This document shows positions 17,862 to 25,857 of a stretch of 64,000 nucleotides of DNA, one piece after another. Source of the DNA: a virus (taxonomy: Duplodnaviria > Caudoviricetes). Below the pieces are notes generated by a model. That model was not told the origin of the DNA. It did no database searches and saw only the letters and a list, made by a program, of their open reading frames with translations. The stretch lies in the IMG/VR virus record IMGVR_UViG_3300020577_008610, positions 1-64,000 of that record; one strand, 5' to 3'. The translations under genes and the position numbers were made by a program. The stretch's first letter is position 1. Each line of letters opens with the position of its first letter.

Positions 17862-18512
17862 ATGGCTGAACAACAGACCCATTTTAACATCGGGCAGATC
17901 ATTTACATCCTGTCCAACAAATCCCAGTCTGTTGTTCCGGCTATCGTAGCGGAAGAAGACTTTCGGAAGGTTAGGAAGCTGGATGGCGTCCATGAAGTTG
18001 TCAACTACAAGCTCTGTATTGGGCCTAAAGACCGACAGAGGATTGTGAGTCTGTCCCAAATTGATGGAGAGGTCTACATGTCTCTGGAGGACATTAGAGC
18101 CCACTTGATACAACGGCTTACAGCTTTTGTGGATGATTTGGTCAGCACCACTCTTGGGAACGTACAAAAGTGGTATGGAGTAACAGCCAACAACCAAGTC
18201 CTGGAGTCCTCTCCTAACGAAACGGGCACCGAACCAAAGTTGGATCCTGGGGACATCATCCATGCTGTTAATAATAACATCCCGCTTCAGGCCCAGGGGC
18301 AGACTCATCCTCTTCAACTCAATGGTGGAGTCCAACAGCCGCAGGCACAAGCAGTAAATCCTCACATGTCTCTTCGAGACAATATTCGGCAGATGGTCAT
18401 TCCTGAAGAAGAAGACCCAATGCAGGGTCTCGGTTTGAATCAGGGTCAACATCCGTCACAACAGTATGTCATTCTGCCCGATGGAACAAGGGCGCCTCTT
18501 CGACAAGGATAA
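17862..18512 (+). CDS. Hypothetical protein (SH3-like N-terminus, Gln-rich tail)
   Basis: 216-aa ORF, GGAG SD, directly upstream of groEL. Confidence 0.6.
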   Translation: MAEQQTHFNIGQIIYILSNKSQSVVPAIVAEEDFRKVRKLDGVHEVVNYKLCIGPKDRQRIVSLSQIDGEVYMSLEDIRAHLIQRLTAFVDDLVSTTLGNVQKWYGVTANNQVLESSPNETGTEPKLDPGDIIHAVNNNIPLQAQGQTHPLQLNGGVQQPQAQAVNPHMSLRDNIRQMVIPEEEDPMQGLGLNQGQHPSQQYVILPDGTRAPLRQG

Positions 18513-18514
18513 CC

Positions 18515-21301
18515 ATGAACAAGGTTGCAACGCAAGCTCTGATGGCAGCTGCCCAGGGCGTTCGTCAGAAGGTAATTTTCGAGAACGAAGCTCACGCTGG
18601 CCTCCTTGAGGGGGCCTCCATTCTCGCAAAAGCTGTTGGGTCTACTATGGGTCCATCTGGCCACAACGTAATCATTGACGGAACCGTGGGAGCACCTATT
18701 ATAACCAAGGATGGCGTGACGGTGGCTCGGGCCATCAACCTAAAGGACCGACTTCCTTCCATGGGAGCGGAGCTTTTGAAGGAAGTGGCTTCGAAGACCA
18801 ACGAACTGGCAGGGGATGGGCCACAGCCGCTTTATGCCCAGGTGGTGACTCCTAGGGGCTGGAAGGCATTGGGAGAACTCGAAGTGGGTGATGATATTTG
18901 TGGCACAAATGGCACTACACAGAAAGTTCTGGGTGTGTTCCGAAAAGGCCAAAAAGAAATCCTGAAAGTCTTTTTTGCTGATGGAAATCACGAAACCCGA
19001 GTTGTTGAGTGCAGTTCTGATCATCTTTGGCTCATCAAAACTGCTCGCGGAGCATCTCATGTTATGACAACCCAACAATTGCTGGATAAGGGATTGAGCA
19101 GAAGAAATGGCGGTGGAAAATATTTCATCAACTCTTCTCCTGTCGAGTTTGCCCCAAGTGGAGAATTGCCACTTGACCCGTATCTGCTGGGTGTCTTGCT
19201 GGGTGATGGAAGCCTGAGTGAAGAGCATGAAGTTGAGATTGCTGTTGGCCTGGGTCAACGACACATTCTCAATGCTCTTGTTTTGCCTAAAGGCTGTACA
19301 CTTCGAGTAAAGCTTTATCCTGAGAAGCATTATCTCAAGGCTTCTATCTGTGGCAGCATTCGTCTCAAGACTGCTCAGCATGAAAGAAAGTCTATCATCA
19401 AGAATTTGTTGAAAGACCTAGGATTGCTAGGGGCAAACAGCCATACAAAATTCATCCCAAGGAGTTATCTCTACTCCTCTATCGAGGACAGAAAAAAGCT
19501 GTTGGCCGGATTGATTGACACGGATGGCTCCATTTCTTCTCGTGGACTGTTTACCTTTAGTACTGTTGGCGAACAGCTAGCCAGTGACTTTGTTGAGCTA
19601 TGTAGAAGTTTGGGACTGCGTATAAATCATCGAATCCATACTCGAAAGCCAAAGGATGGTTCGTATAGTACGAGTCCAATTCACAGGATCTCTCAACTCA
19701 AAGGGAACAAGCATGGCCTGAAAATCTCTAGGATAGAAAAAACCGGCACTTACACGGAAATGATGTGCATCAAGGTCAGTAACCAAGACCATCTATACAT
19801 CACAAACGACTACGTTCCAACTCACAACACGACCACAGCAACCGTCTTGGCTCATGCGATGCTCAAAGAGGGCATCAAAATGGTGAATTCCGGACGGGAT
19901 GCCATCTACGTTAAGAAGGGCATGGACCTTGCTACAGAGAAGGTTATTGCTAAGCTCAAGGAGAACTGCATTCCCGTCCGCAATTCTCAGGACATTGTGA
20001 ATGTTGGCACGATTTCGGCAAATGGTGACGTTCGGATTGGAGAACTTCTATCGGAAGCTATCGGACGTGTGGGGCAAGATGGAATCATTACCATTGAGCC
20101 TGGGAAGTCTACCCAGACGATCTTGGAGGTTGTCGAAGGGATGCAGTTTGATGGTGGGTACCTATCGCCCTACTTCGTTACCAACTCCGAAAAAAACACC
20201 GTAGAACTAGAGAAGCCATTCATCCTGCTTACCTCTCGGAAGATTTCTTCCTTGGCCGAATTCATTCCAATTCTGGAAAAGGTGGCGAACACAGATAGTC
20301 CGCTTCTGGTCGTTGCCGATGATGTTGAAGGAGAGGCACTTCACACCCTCATTGTCAACAAATTTAAGGGAACTCTTGCTTGTTGCGCTGTCAAGGCACC
20401 TTCCTACGGTGAAAATCGAACAGACATCCTCAACGACATTGCTTGCGTGGTTGGAGGGGTAATCGTCGATGCTTCTTCTGGTGCTGCTCTCAAGAGCTTG
20501 GAGCTGGAAGACCTTGGCGTGGCAAAGAGAGTGATTGTTTCCCGCACCAACACAACCATTGTTGGAGAGTCCAATGACCAAAGAAAACAACTCATCGAAG
20601 AAAGAGTCCGAGGACTCAAAGCTGCACTGGTTTCTGACGGCTCTTTGGACGAGCTGCACATTGACCGTTACCGGAAGCGCTTGGCAAAGCTTGCCGGAGG
20701 TGTGGCTGTGGTCAAAGTGGGTGGCTCAACAGAGGTTGAAATTCTTGAAAAAAAGGATCGTGTTGAGGATGCTCTCAATGCCACTCTAGCGGCCGCTCAG
20801 GAGGGCATTGTTCCAGGTGGGGGTTGTGCCCTGTTCTATGCCCGGGAGGCTGTAGAAGCGGAGCTGAGGGGCCAGGAATTGGGTCTTTCAGAGGATGAGT
20901 GGGCAGGGATCCAGGTGATCCTAAATGCCTGCAAGGCTCCTCTGGAGACCATCGTCAAGAACACCGGGAAGTCACCGGAAGTGGTAATGGACAATCTTAC
21001 CAGAGCCGGTGCCTTCAAGGCTCCAGAGATGGACTTCTCCAAACCAGTGGTTGAACCAACAGGAGCTTGGAAGGTTTTGGCCGAAGGCAAGAGCTGCGAT
21101 CCTCTTCGATACGGCTATGACGCTGCCAAGGGAACCTATGGCGACTTGGTGGAAAAAGGGATCATCGACCCGGTGAAGGTTACCCGCTACGCTTTGGAGC
21201 ATGCATCTTCTGTGGTCGGGTTGATGTTAACATGCAATTCAGTTGTGCTCAATGAGAGCAACCCAAACCTTTCCCTGAATGATAGAAACGATAACTCATA
21301 G
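18515..21301 (+). CDS. groEL: Chaperonin GroEL containing an intein (about 592 aa after splicing)
   Basis: TMGPSGHNV, ITKDGVTVA, AGDG|TTTATVLA, VEGMQFDGGYLSPYF, AVKAPSYG, RLAKLAGGVAVVKVGG, GIVPGGG and GIIDPVKVTR. Confidence 0.95.
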   Translation: MNKVATQALMAAAQGVRQKVIFENEAHAGLLEGASILAKAVGSTMGPSGHNVIIDGTVGAPIITKDGVTVARAINLKDRLPSMGAELLKEVASKTNELAGDGPQPLYAQVVTPRGWKALGELEVGDDICGTNGTTQKVLGVFRKGQKEILKVFFADGNHETRVVECSSDHLWLIKTARGASHVMTTQQLLDKGLSRRNGGGKYFINSSPVEFAPSGELPLDPYLLGVLLGDGSLSEEHEVEIAVGLGQRHILNALVLPKGCTLRVKLYPEKHYLKASICGSIRLKTAQHERKSIIKNLLKDLGLLGANSHTKFIPRSYLYSSIEDRKKLLAGLIDTDGSISSRGLFTFSTVGEQLASDFVELCRSLGLRINHRIHTRKPKDGSYSTSPIHRISQLKGNKHGLKISRIEKTGTYTEMMCIKVSNQDHLYITNDYVPTHNTTTATVLAHAMLKEGIKMVNSGRDAIYVKKGMDLATEKVIAKLKENCIPVRNSQDIVNVGTISANGDVRIGELLSEAIGRVGQDGIITIEPGKSTQTILEVVEGMQFDGGYLSPYFVTNSEKNTVELEKPFILLTSRKISSLAEFIPILEKVANTDSPLLVVADDVEGEALHTLIVNKFKGTLACCAVKAPSYGENRTDILNDIACVVGGVIVDASSGAALKSLELEDLGVAKRVIVSRTNTTIVGESNDQRKQLIEERVRGLKAALVSDGSLDELHIDRYRKRLAKLAGGVAVVKVGGSTEVEILEKKDRVEDALNATLAAAQEGIVPGGGCALFYAREAVEAELRGQELGLSEDEWAGIQVILNACKAPLETIVKNTGKSPEVVMDNLTRAGAFKAPEMDFSKPVVEPTGAWKVLAEGKSCDPLRYGYDAAKGTYGDLVEKGIIDPVKVTRYALEHASSVVGLMLTCNSVVLNESNPNLSLNDRNDNS
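18821..19828 (+). mobile_element. Class 3 intein (336 aa) with LAGLIDADG endonuclease in GroEL
   Basis: Starts PQPL, ends THN|T. WCT triplet (DHLW, MMCIKV, VPTHN). LAGLIDADG motifs LLGVLLGDG and LLAGLIDTDG. Confidence 0.9.
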
Positions 21302-21365
21302 TATTTGTGGGTTAATTTCACGCTTCATTCGTTCAGAACAGAAGACAAGGGATGGTTCCCAATGG

Positions 21366-21440
21366 ATGCTTACTTGCAACAGCGTGGTGTTGAACGAGAA
21401 CATGCCTTCACTTCAGCAGAACGCAGCAAACGAGGAATAA
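21366..21440 (+). pseudogene. Displaced duplicate of the groEL 3' end
   Basis: Encodes MLTCNSVVLNENMPSLQQNAANEE*. The first 11 aa are identical to the GroEL C-terminus at 21224-21256 but use mostly different codons. Confidence 0.85.
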
Positions 21441-21444
21441 GAAC

Positions 21445-21690
21445 ATGGCACAGATGAGCGAACAAGAACTCCTACAGCAGATGGCCGAACTGATCGAAGA
21501 GAATGCCAAGATGGTTCTGGATCAAGATACTATCAAGAGTCTCCTTCTTGAGGTTCAGAGAGAACAACTTAAGGGATTGGTCTATCGAGCCTTCGTTGCT
21601 GTCTCTCAGAGGCACGAACAGGCCCAAACTGGAGTAGAAGGACCTTCAGAAGAAGCCCAGCCTGCTGCTGAACCTACGGGTCAGGAGTAA
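21445..21690 (+). CDS. Hypothetical protein
   Basis: 81-aa ORF with GAGGA SD. Confidence 0.55.
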   Translation: MAQMSEQELLQQMAELIEENAKMVLDQDTIKSLLLEVQREQLKGLVYRAFVAVSQRHEQAQTGVEGPSEEAQPAAEPTGQE

Positions 21691-21694
21691 TACC

Positions 21695-22045
21695 ATGGCA
21701 GTTGGCGATAGAGTGTTGGTCGGAGACGGATCTACCTGGGATAACTCGGTCACCGTTTCCGTGTATGAGCCTCTGTGGGATCCCGCTGGAGACCTTCGAC
21801 TAGACCACTTCGGAGCTGCAACCATCCAAAGATTGGGCGGAGTGAAGGGTGGGACTACCGGTACAATCGCAGGTCCATCCATTCGAGTTCACCGGACTCA
21901 GCTCTTCGGTGAAGTAAACGTTCCAACGATGGGAGGGTTGGACCTTGTTCACGTCTTCCCGGTTCAGTTGGACCAGTACATGAGATTAGGCTGGCTTCCG
22001 GCTAACCACATCAGAGTGGTCGGCGGGGAAGCTATGCTTCGCTAA
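21695..22045 (+). CDS. Hypothetical protein (SH3-like)
   Basis: 116-aa ORF with AGGAG SD. Confidence 0.55.
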   Translation: MAVGDRVLVGDGSTWDNSVTVSVYEPLWDPAGDLRLDHFGAATIQRLGGVKGGTTGTIAGPSIRVHRTQLFGEVNVPTMGGLDLVHVFPVQLDQYMRLGWLPANHIRVVGGEAMLR

Positions 22046-22974
22046 ATAAAACTCCAATCACAAGACAAAACTGGTATTTCTTTTCCCGCTATCATGGTAT
22101 GATTGACATCCTTGACAGTACAAGCAACTTCTTTCCCGTCTGAATGCCACGTAATCTGGCGACCAAATTTCTTCGCTATCCCTGGCTTGGTGCGCCACCA
22201 ACCCTTTGAGTTGCTGACATGAATTTTTACAACAGCAGCTGGAATTCCTTTAGATCCCTCTGCTGTGCTAATCGGAACAGGCTTGTCTGCTGAAAAGTAT
22301 ACCCCCCTGCCTTCGACGGCCTGAGCCCCTGGCTTAAGAATAAAACGACTCCCAGGGGCAAGGGTGCTTAACTCTTCCCACCCCGATATATGATAAAGAA
22401 CTGTTTCTTGGGATGGCTCAACGGCTTCTGTTAGCATCAGCCGTTGCTGGAGAAGATAGACATGACCTTCGTGTCTATCTAGGATGTCTCCGAGCAGGTT
22501 AGCCACTCCAACGGTCAGAAGACCTTCCTCTTCCAACCTTTTCTGAATCATCTCTCCAGTTGCAATCAAGACAATCTCAGCTTGAAGCGAGACCACCATA
22601 GGTGGTTTTTCGCTATTTGAGACGGCATCCATGAAAGCCTTCATGTGTTTTATTTGGAGGAAATAGTTGGTTAAAGCCGGAGAGTCTAGCCCTGCTATTT
22701 TCTCCGCTAGGGAATCTATCTCGACCTCATTAGCCTCGTAGAGTCGCTGGAAAAGCAAGTGGTCCCCGTAGAATGAAGAACCAAGAGTCTGCCAGTGATG
22801 AGACTGGTGAATGATTCCCAGGGCTCTCAGGAAGGCCAGATAAATGGCAAGATCAGCATACCTGAACTCCTTACCGTCATAGACAGCCATTTCCTTTTGG
22901 AGCACAGTTTGGGCAACTCGAAGTCCCCGCTTGTATTCTGCGTTCGACACAGCTTCAGTAAGACGATGTTTCAT
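22042..22974 (-). CDS. Dps/ferritin-like domain fused to a putative ADP-ribosyltransferase-like domain
   Basis: HHWQTLGSSFYGDHLLFQRLYE...IDSLAEK is the Dps ferroxidase pattern. C-terminal VLYHIS...GRGVYFS is an ART-like H-Y pattern (weaker call). CTATTTA motif upstream. Confidence 0.7.
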   Translation of the reverse strand: MKHRLTEAVSNAEYKRGLRVAQTVLQKEMAVYDGKEFRYADLAIYLAFLRALGIIHQSHHWQTLGSSFYGDHLLFQRLYEANEVEIDSLAEKIAGLDSPALTNYFLQIKHMKAFMDAVSNSEKPPMVVSLQAEIVLIATGEMIQKRLEEEGLLTVGVANLLGDILDRHEGHVYLLQQRLMLTEAVEPSQETVLYHISGWEELSTLAPGSRFILKPGAQAVEGRGVYFSADKPVPISTAEGSKGIPAAVVKIHVSNSKGWWRTKPGIAKKFGRQITWHSDGKEVACTVKDVNHTMIAGKEIPVLSCDWSFI

Positions 22975-22985
22975 GAATCACCAAA

Positions 22986-23025
22986 GGTAAATAGAATCCC
23001 CAATCGCCGGAAGGCTCTATTTACC
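22986..23025. promoter_or_regulatory. Back-to-back divergent late-promoter motifs
   Basis: Inverted repeat GGTAAATAGA...TCTATTTACC gives CTATTTACC on each strand ahead of both divergent genes. Confidence 0.65.
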
Positions 23026-23044
23026 TCCAGAGACAGGAAACGCC

Positions 23045-23500
23045 ATGACATTTCAACCGCCAGCTTCAGGACAGGCAAATGTTGCCGAATACATGATCTC
23101 CCCTTTGCCGTGGGTTTCATCCTCGACGGTTCCAAGCGGTTCTGTGTGGAGAATTGATTTCCCCTACTTGACAAGCGAAATTCAAGTACATAATGCCACG
23201 CCGGGGACTAGCACTGTGGCTGTTGGTTTTACTTTGAGCGGTGTCTTGGGAACCAACAGGTATCTCGTTGGAACCAATCAATCAGCAGGCAACACATACG
23301 TGGGAGAAACGTTTTCATTCCGAAGCAGGGTTAAAACCATGTATGTTGTCGGAATCACAGGCAGTTCCAACGTTTCTATTTTTGCCGGTTTGACTACTGT
23401 GCAAACTAGAAGCTTTCCCACTCTGACAGGATCGGCCGATCACTATTCGATCACTTCGAGCGTATTCAACCCAACTTTCTCGTACGACGGACTGGGCTAA
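23045..23500 (+). CDS. Small beta-rich virion protein
   Basis: 151-aa Ser/Thr-rich ORF after the late motif, with PSGS, ITGS and LTGS. Confidence 0.55.
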   Translation: MTFQPPASGQANVAEYMISPLPWVSSSTVPSGSVWRIDFPYLTSEIQVHNATPGTSTVAVGFTLSGVLGTNRYLVGTNQSAGNTYVGETFSFRSRVKTMYVVGITGSSNVSIFAGLTTVQTRSFPTLTGSADHYSITSSVFNPTFSYDGLG

Positions 23501-23883
23501 GTGGTTCCTGGGCCATCATCAAAGAAGTTCCCAAAAGTACCCACGATGTGCCGAAGTTTTATCAAAAAAAGAACCAGCTTCTTGTTCTTGCAATGACCTT
23601 TATTGCCATGAACTAACTCCCAGAGAGTGTCATTCCATCGGGAGTAGATTCTAACCAGTTCATGGAGAGGGACTTTGACCTTTTCTAAAGCTGTGAACTC
23701 TGTAATTGGCCTAAAATCCAGGTGGACAACATTGCCCCCTTCATTCGAAGAAGAGGGTTCTTTGATTTCAGCCCCCAAGGTCTCGTCTATCTCCTTGAGG
23801 GTTTCAATCATTTCGTCAATGCTAGCTCCAATCAGGTCGATTTCCTGTTGGGTGTAGTCTGCAATAGTATTTGCTAGGAGCAT
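23497..23883 (-). CDS. Hypothetical protein
   Basis: 128-aa ORF. Confidence 0.5.
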   Translation of the reverse strand: MLLANTIADYTQQEIDLIGASIDEMIETLKEIDETLGAEIKEPSSSNEGGNVVHLDFRPITEFTALEKVKVPLHELVRIYSRWNDTLWELVHGNKGHCKNKKLVLFLIKLRHIVGTFGNFFDDGPGTT

Positions 23884-23890
23884 TCCCGAA

Positions 23891-24739
23891 TTATGCGGCA
23901 GCGAGAAGAGTTTTGATGTGTTTCAACTCGCGTTTTCCGAGCTGACGTTTGGAAACAGGACGGATGTTGCAGAAGCCGTATTCGCTCTCACGAACCCAGT
24001 TGGAGAGGCCATTTGGGAAGAGAAAGTCTACGACCTGAGAGTAATTCAAGGGAGATTCTGCTACCCATGAATGTGCTCCGTACTGCTTTCCATGATTGCT
24101 GTAGCGGTCCTTCACTCCTAGTTCTTTAGGAATGACAGCAAACTCCACTACGTACCAGATTCCATCAAGAAGACGGTATTGGCGAAGGTCAGTCAACTTG
24201 AACCGATCCTTTTCCTTGGTCTTCTTTTCCTTACGAGACTTGCGAGGAGACTCACAAAATTCCCGAGTCACAGGGTGGACGTAGAACCGCTGATAGCCGG
24301 TAGGCTCCTCCAGACAGTCAGGCTTACAGTTGTACCTGCATCTGTTGTACTGAGGGCACTTGTACACACGGCCATCTTCCCCAAGGTAGGTTGCTTCCAC
24401 GACCCGAATCTTGAGGTGCTGTACAACACGCATTTGCACAGCATTTTTGGGAGAGAGGTTTACTCGGAGATCCGAGTAAACATCATCCCAGCACTGTCCC
24501 ACCCGAGAATGGAGAAATCTCCAAAGGGGCTCCAGGTTCTCATTCGGCTCCTTCCGGTTAGCATGAAACCAAAAAGGCTTGATCTTTCCCCAATTTGGGG
24601 GTTCATCGTAGTAGTCAGGGTCATAAGATGCCCTTCGGACATCCATACGATTTTCCTGTTCCAAACGACATTTTTTGCTACAACCATGCCCTCCACGACG
24701 TGGACGTTCCACGATTGCCTTGAACATATCATGTCTCAT
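23891..24739 (-). CDS. Basic hypothetical protein (MRHDMFKAIVERPR N-terminus) ending in LAAA
   Basis: 282-aa ORF. SD lies within a hairpin behind a short uORF. Confidence 0.65.
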   Translation of the reverse strand: MRHDMFKAIVERPRRGGHGCSKKCRLEQENRMDVRRASYDPDYYDEPPNWGKIKPFWFHANRKEPNENLEPLWRFLHSRVGQCWDDVYSDLRVNLSPKNAVQMRVVQHLKIRVVEATYLGEDGRVYKCPQYNRCRYNCKPDCLEEPTGYQRFYVHPVTREFCESPRKSRKEKKTKEKDRFKLTDLRQYRLLDGIWYVVEFAVIPKELGVKDRYSNHGKQYGAHSWVAESPLNYSQVVDFLFPNGLSNWVRESEYGFCNIRPVSKRQLGKRELKHIKTLLAAA

Positions 24740-24746
24740 CAAACTT

Positions 24747-24866
24747 GCGTCCTTTTACGCTAATGTGGTATAAACATGATTTCCTCTTTCATTGGCAATT
24801 CCTTGTTTTCAAGGAAGCCCACTTGCCTGCTTTAGTCAGGAAGCGAATTCATTTACGACTAGAATT
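24747..24866 (-). promoter_or_regulatory. Structured leader with 5-codon uORF (MFIPH*, 24760..24777) and SD-containing hairpin
   Basis: GAAAGAGGA-ATG TTT ATA CCA CAT TAG, then GCGT-AAAAGG-ACGC covering the downstream AAGGA. Two or three further hairpins upstream. Confidence 0.45.
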
Positions 24867-24868
24867 GG

Positions 24869-25150
24869 TTATTCTCGGATAAGGCCATCATGCTTCTCGA
24901 TAGCAAACTCGTCAAGGACTAAACCAAGAACAGAGCCCACTCCATTGTCGAAGTAAATAAGGACGCCCCTTGGCGTCTTGGCCGAGAACCTACCAATTGT
25001 ACCCCGTTTGGCAATCATGTGTCCAGGAGGCTCATAGTAGATTCCTCCATAGGGGCTGCCATCTAGACGTTGGTATACATCCCGAATCAACTTTACAGCA
25101 TCACCTTTTTTGAGGCCATTCCAGTGACTCTTGATGTCCTTGAGGTCCAT
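24869..25150 (-). CDS. Hypothetical protein
   Basis: 93-aa ORF, TAATG-coupled to the upstream ORF. Confidence 0.5.
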   Translation of the reverse strand: MDLKDIKSHWNGLKKGDAVKLIRDVYQRLDGSPYGGIYYEPPGHMIAKRGTIGRFSAKTPRGVLIYFDNGVGSVLGLVLDEFAIEKHDGLIRE

Positions 25151-25365
25151 TACCCTGCTCTCCCAATTCTAGACACAACCATTTGCTGTTCCTGGTAAAC
25201 AGGCGCTTCTTCTGGATTGCGAGTAGTTTTGGAACAAGACTTGTGGCTCTCAGCCCACTCTCGTTTGGCTTCCGCCAAAGTCCCAACCATTTCATGACCG
25301 TCTTGGTATTGGACGTAGGTGTCAAACTTGACTTTGAGGTTTTGAATTATTCCATCACAGATCAT
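25150..25365 (-). CDS. Hypothetical protein (start uncertain)
   Basis: The computed ORF overlaps the tmRNA 3' end, so a later ATG is more likely. Confidence 0.3.
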   Translation of the reverse strand: MICDGIIQNLKVKFDTYVQYQDGHEMVGTLAEAKREWAESHKSCSKTTRNPEEAPVYQEQQMVVSRIGRAG

Positions 25366-25394
25366 ACCTCCATTATGAGTATGTTTGATGGTTT

Positions 25395-25745
25395 TGGTGG
25401 ACCATTTGGGAGTCGAACCCAAGTCCACGAATTACGCTGAAATAGCTATCCTACGTGACCTTCCCTGCTGTTTGTACTCCTTTAGGACGCTTGCAGGTCT
25501 GCTTCCCTCGGAGGCTCTTGTAGTATCTCGGCTCCATTACCACAAGCATCTTGCGGAGCCTTGTTCGATTGTTGCATCCTACTCTTTAGTCCGAACAGAA
25601 CCGCTGGAGGATGGATAGCAGCCTTAGGCTGCCATCTGTAGGGCGTCAGCGCCGTTTATGCTTGCCCTGTTCTTTAAGGCAGTTCAGGGCCTCTGCCGTC
25701 ACGCTGCTACTTCTTTGCTCTCCGTGTCGAAACCAGTTATGGCCC
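25395..25745 (-). ncRNA. ssrA: tmRNA (one-piece, 351 nt), predicted tag (A)GADALQMAA*
   Basis: 5' GGGCCATAACTGGTTTCGAC and 3' GACTTGGGTTCGACTCCCAAATGGTCCACCA. 7-bp acceptor stem with G3-U wobble. Tag ORF 25624..25653 ends AA* inside the GCAGCC-TAA-GGCTGC hairpin. Confidence 0.93.
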
Positions 25746-25756
25746 ATTGTTGAATA

Positions 25757-25778
25757 GTTCTGTATTGCAATACAGAAC
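25757..25778. promoter_or_regulatory. Perfect 22-bp palindrome just upstream of tmRNA
   Basis: GTTCTGTATTGCAATACAGAAC, containing CTGT-N8-ACAG. Confidence 0.5.
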
Positions 25779-25857
25779 CGTTAGTAACTATTAGTGTGCA
25801 TGATGCATATTGAGACATTTCACCTCTTTCTTCTTCAGAGGCAGGATGCTGAAGTTT

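Noticed and set aside
21695-22045. Possible GroES (GDRVLV motif near groEL)
   Set aside because: The rest lacks the GroES mobile loop and the G.V.AVG / VGD.V pattern. It looks SH3-like.
25366-25428. 5' part of computed ORF 25150..25428
   Set aside because: Its start lies inside the tmRNA T-arm and acceptor stem, so it is unlikely to be coding.
25395-25430. Stand-alone tRNA (GGTTCGACTCC...ACCA)
   Set aside because: It pairs with a 5' end 350 nt away and brackets a tag ORF, so it is the tmRNA tRNA-like domain.
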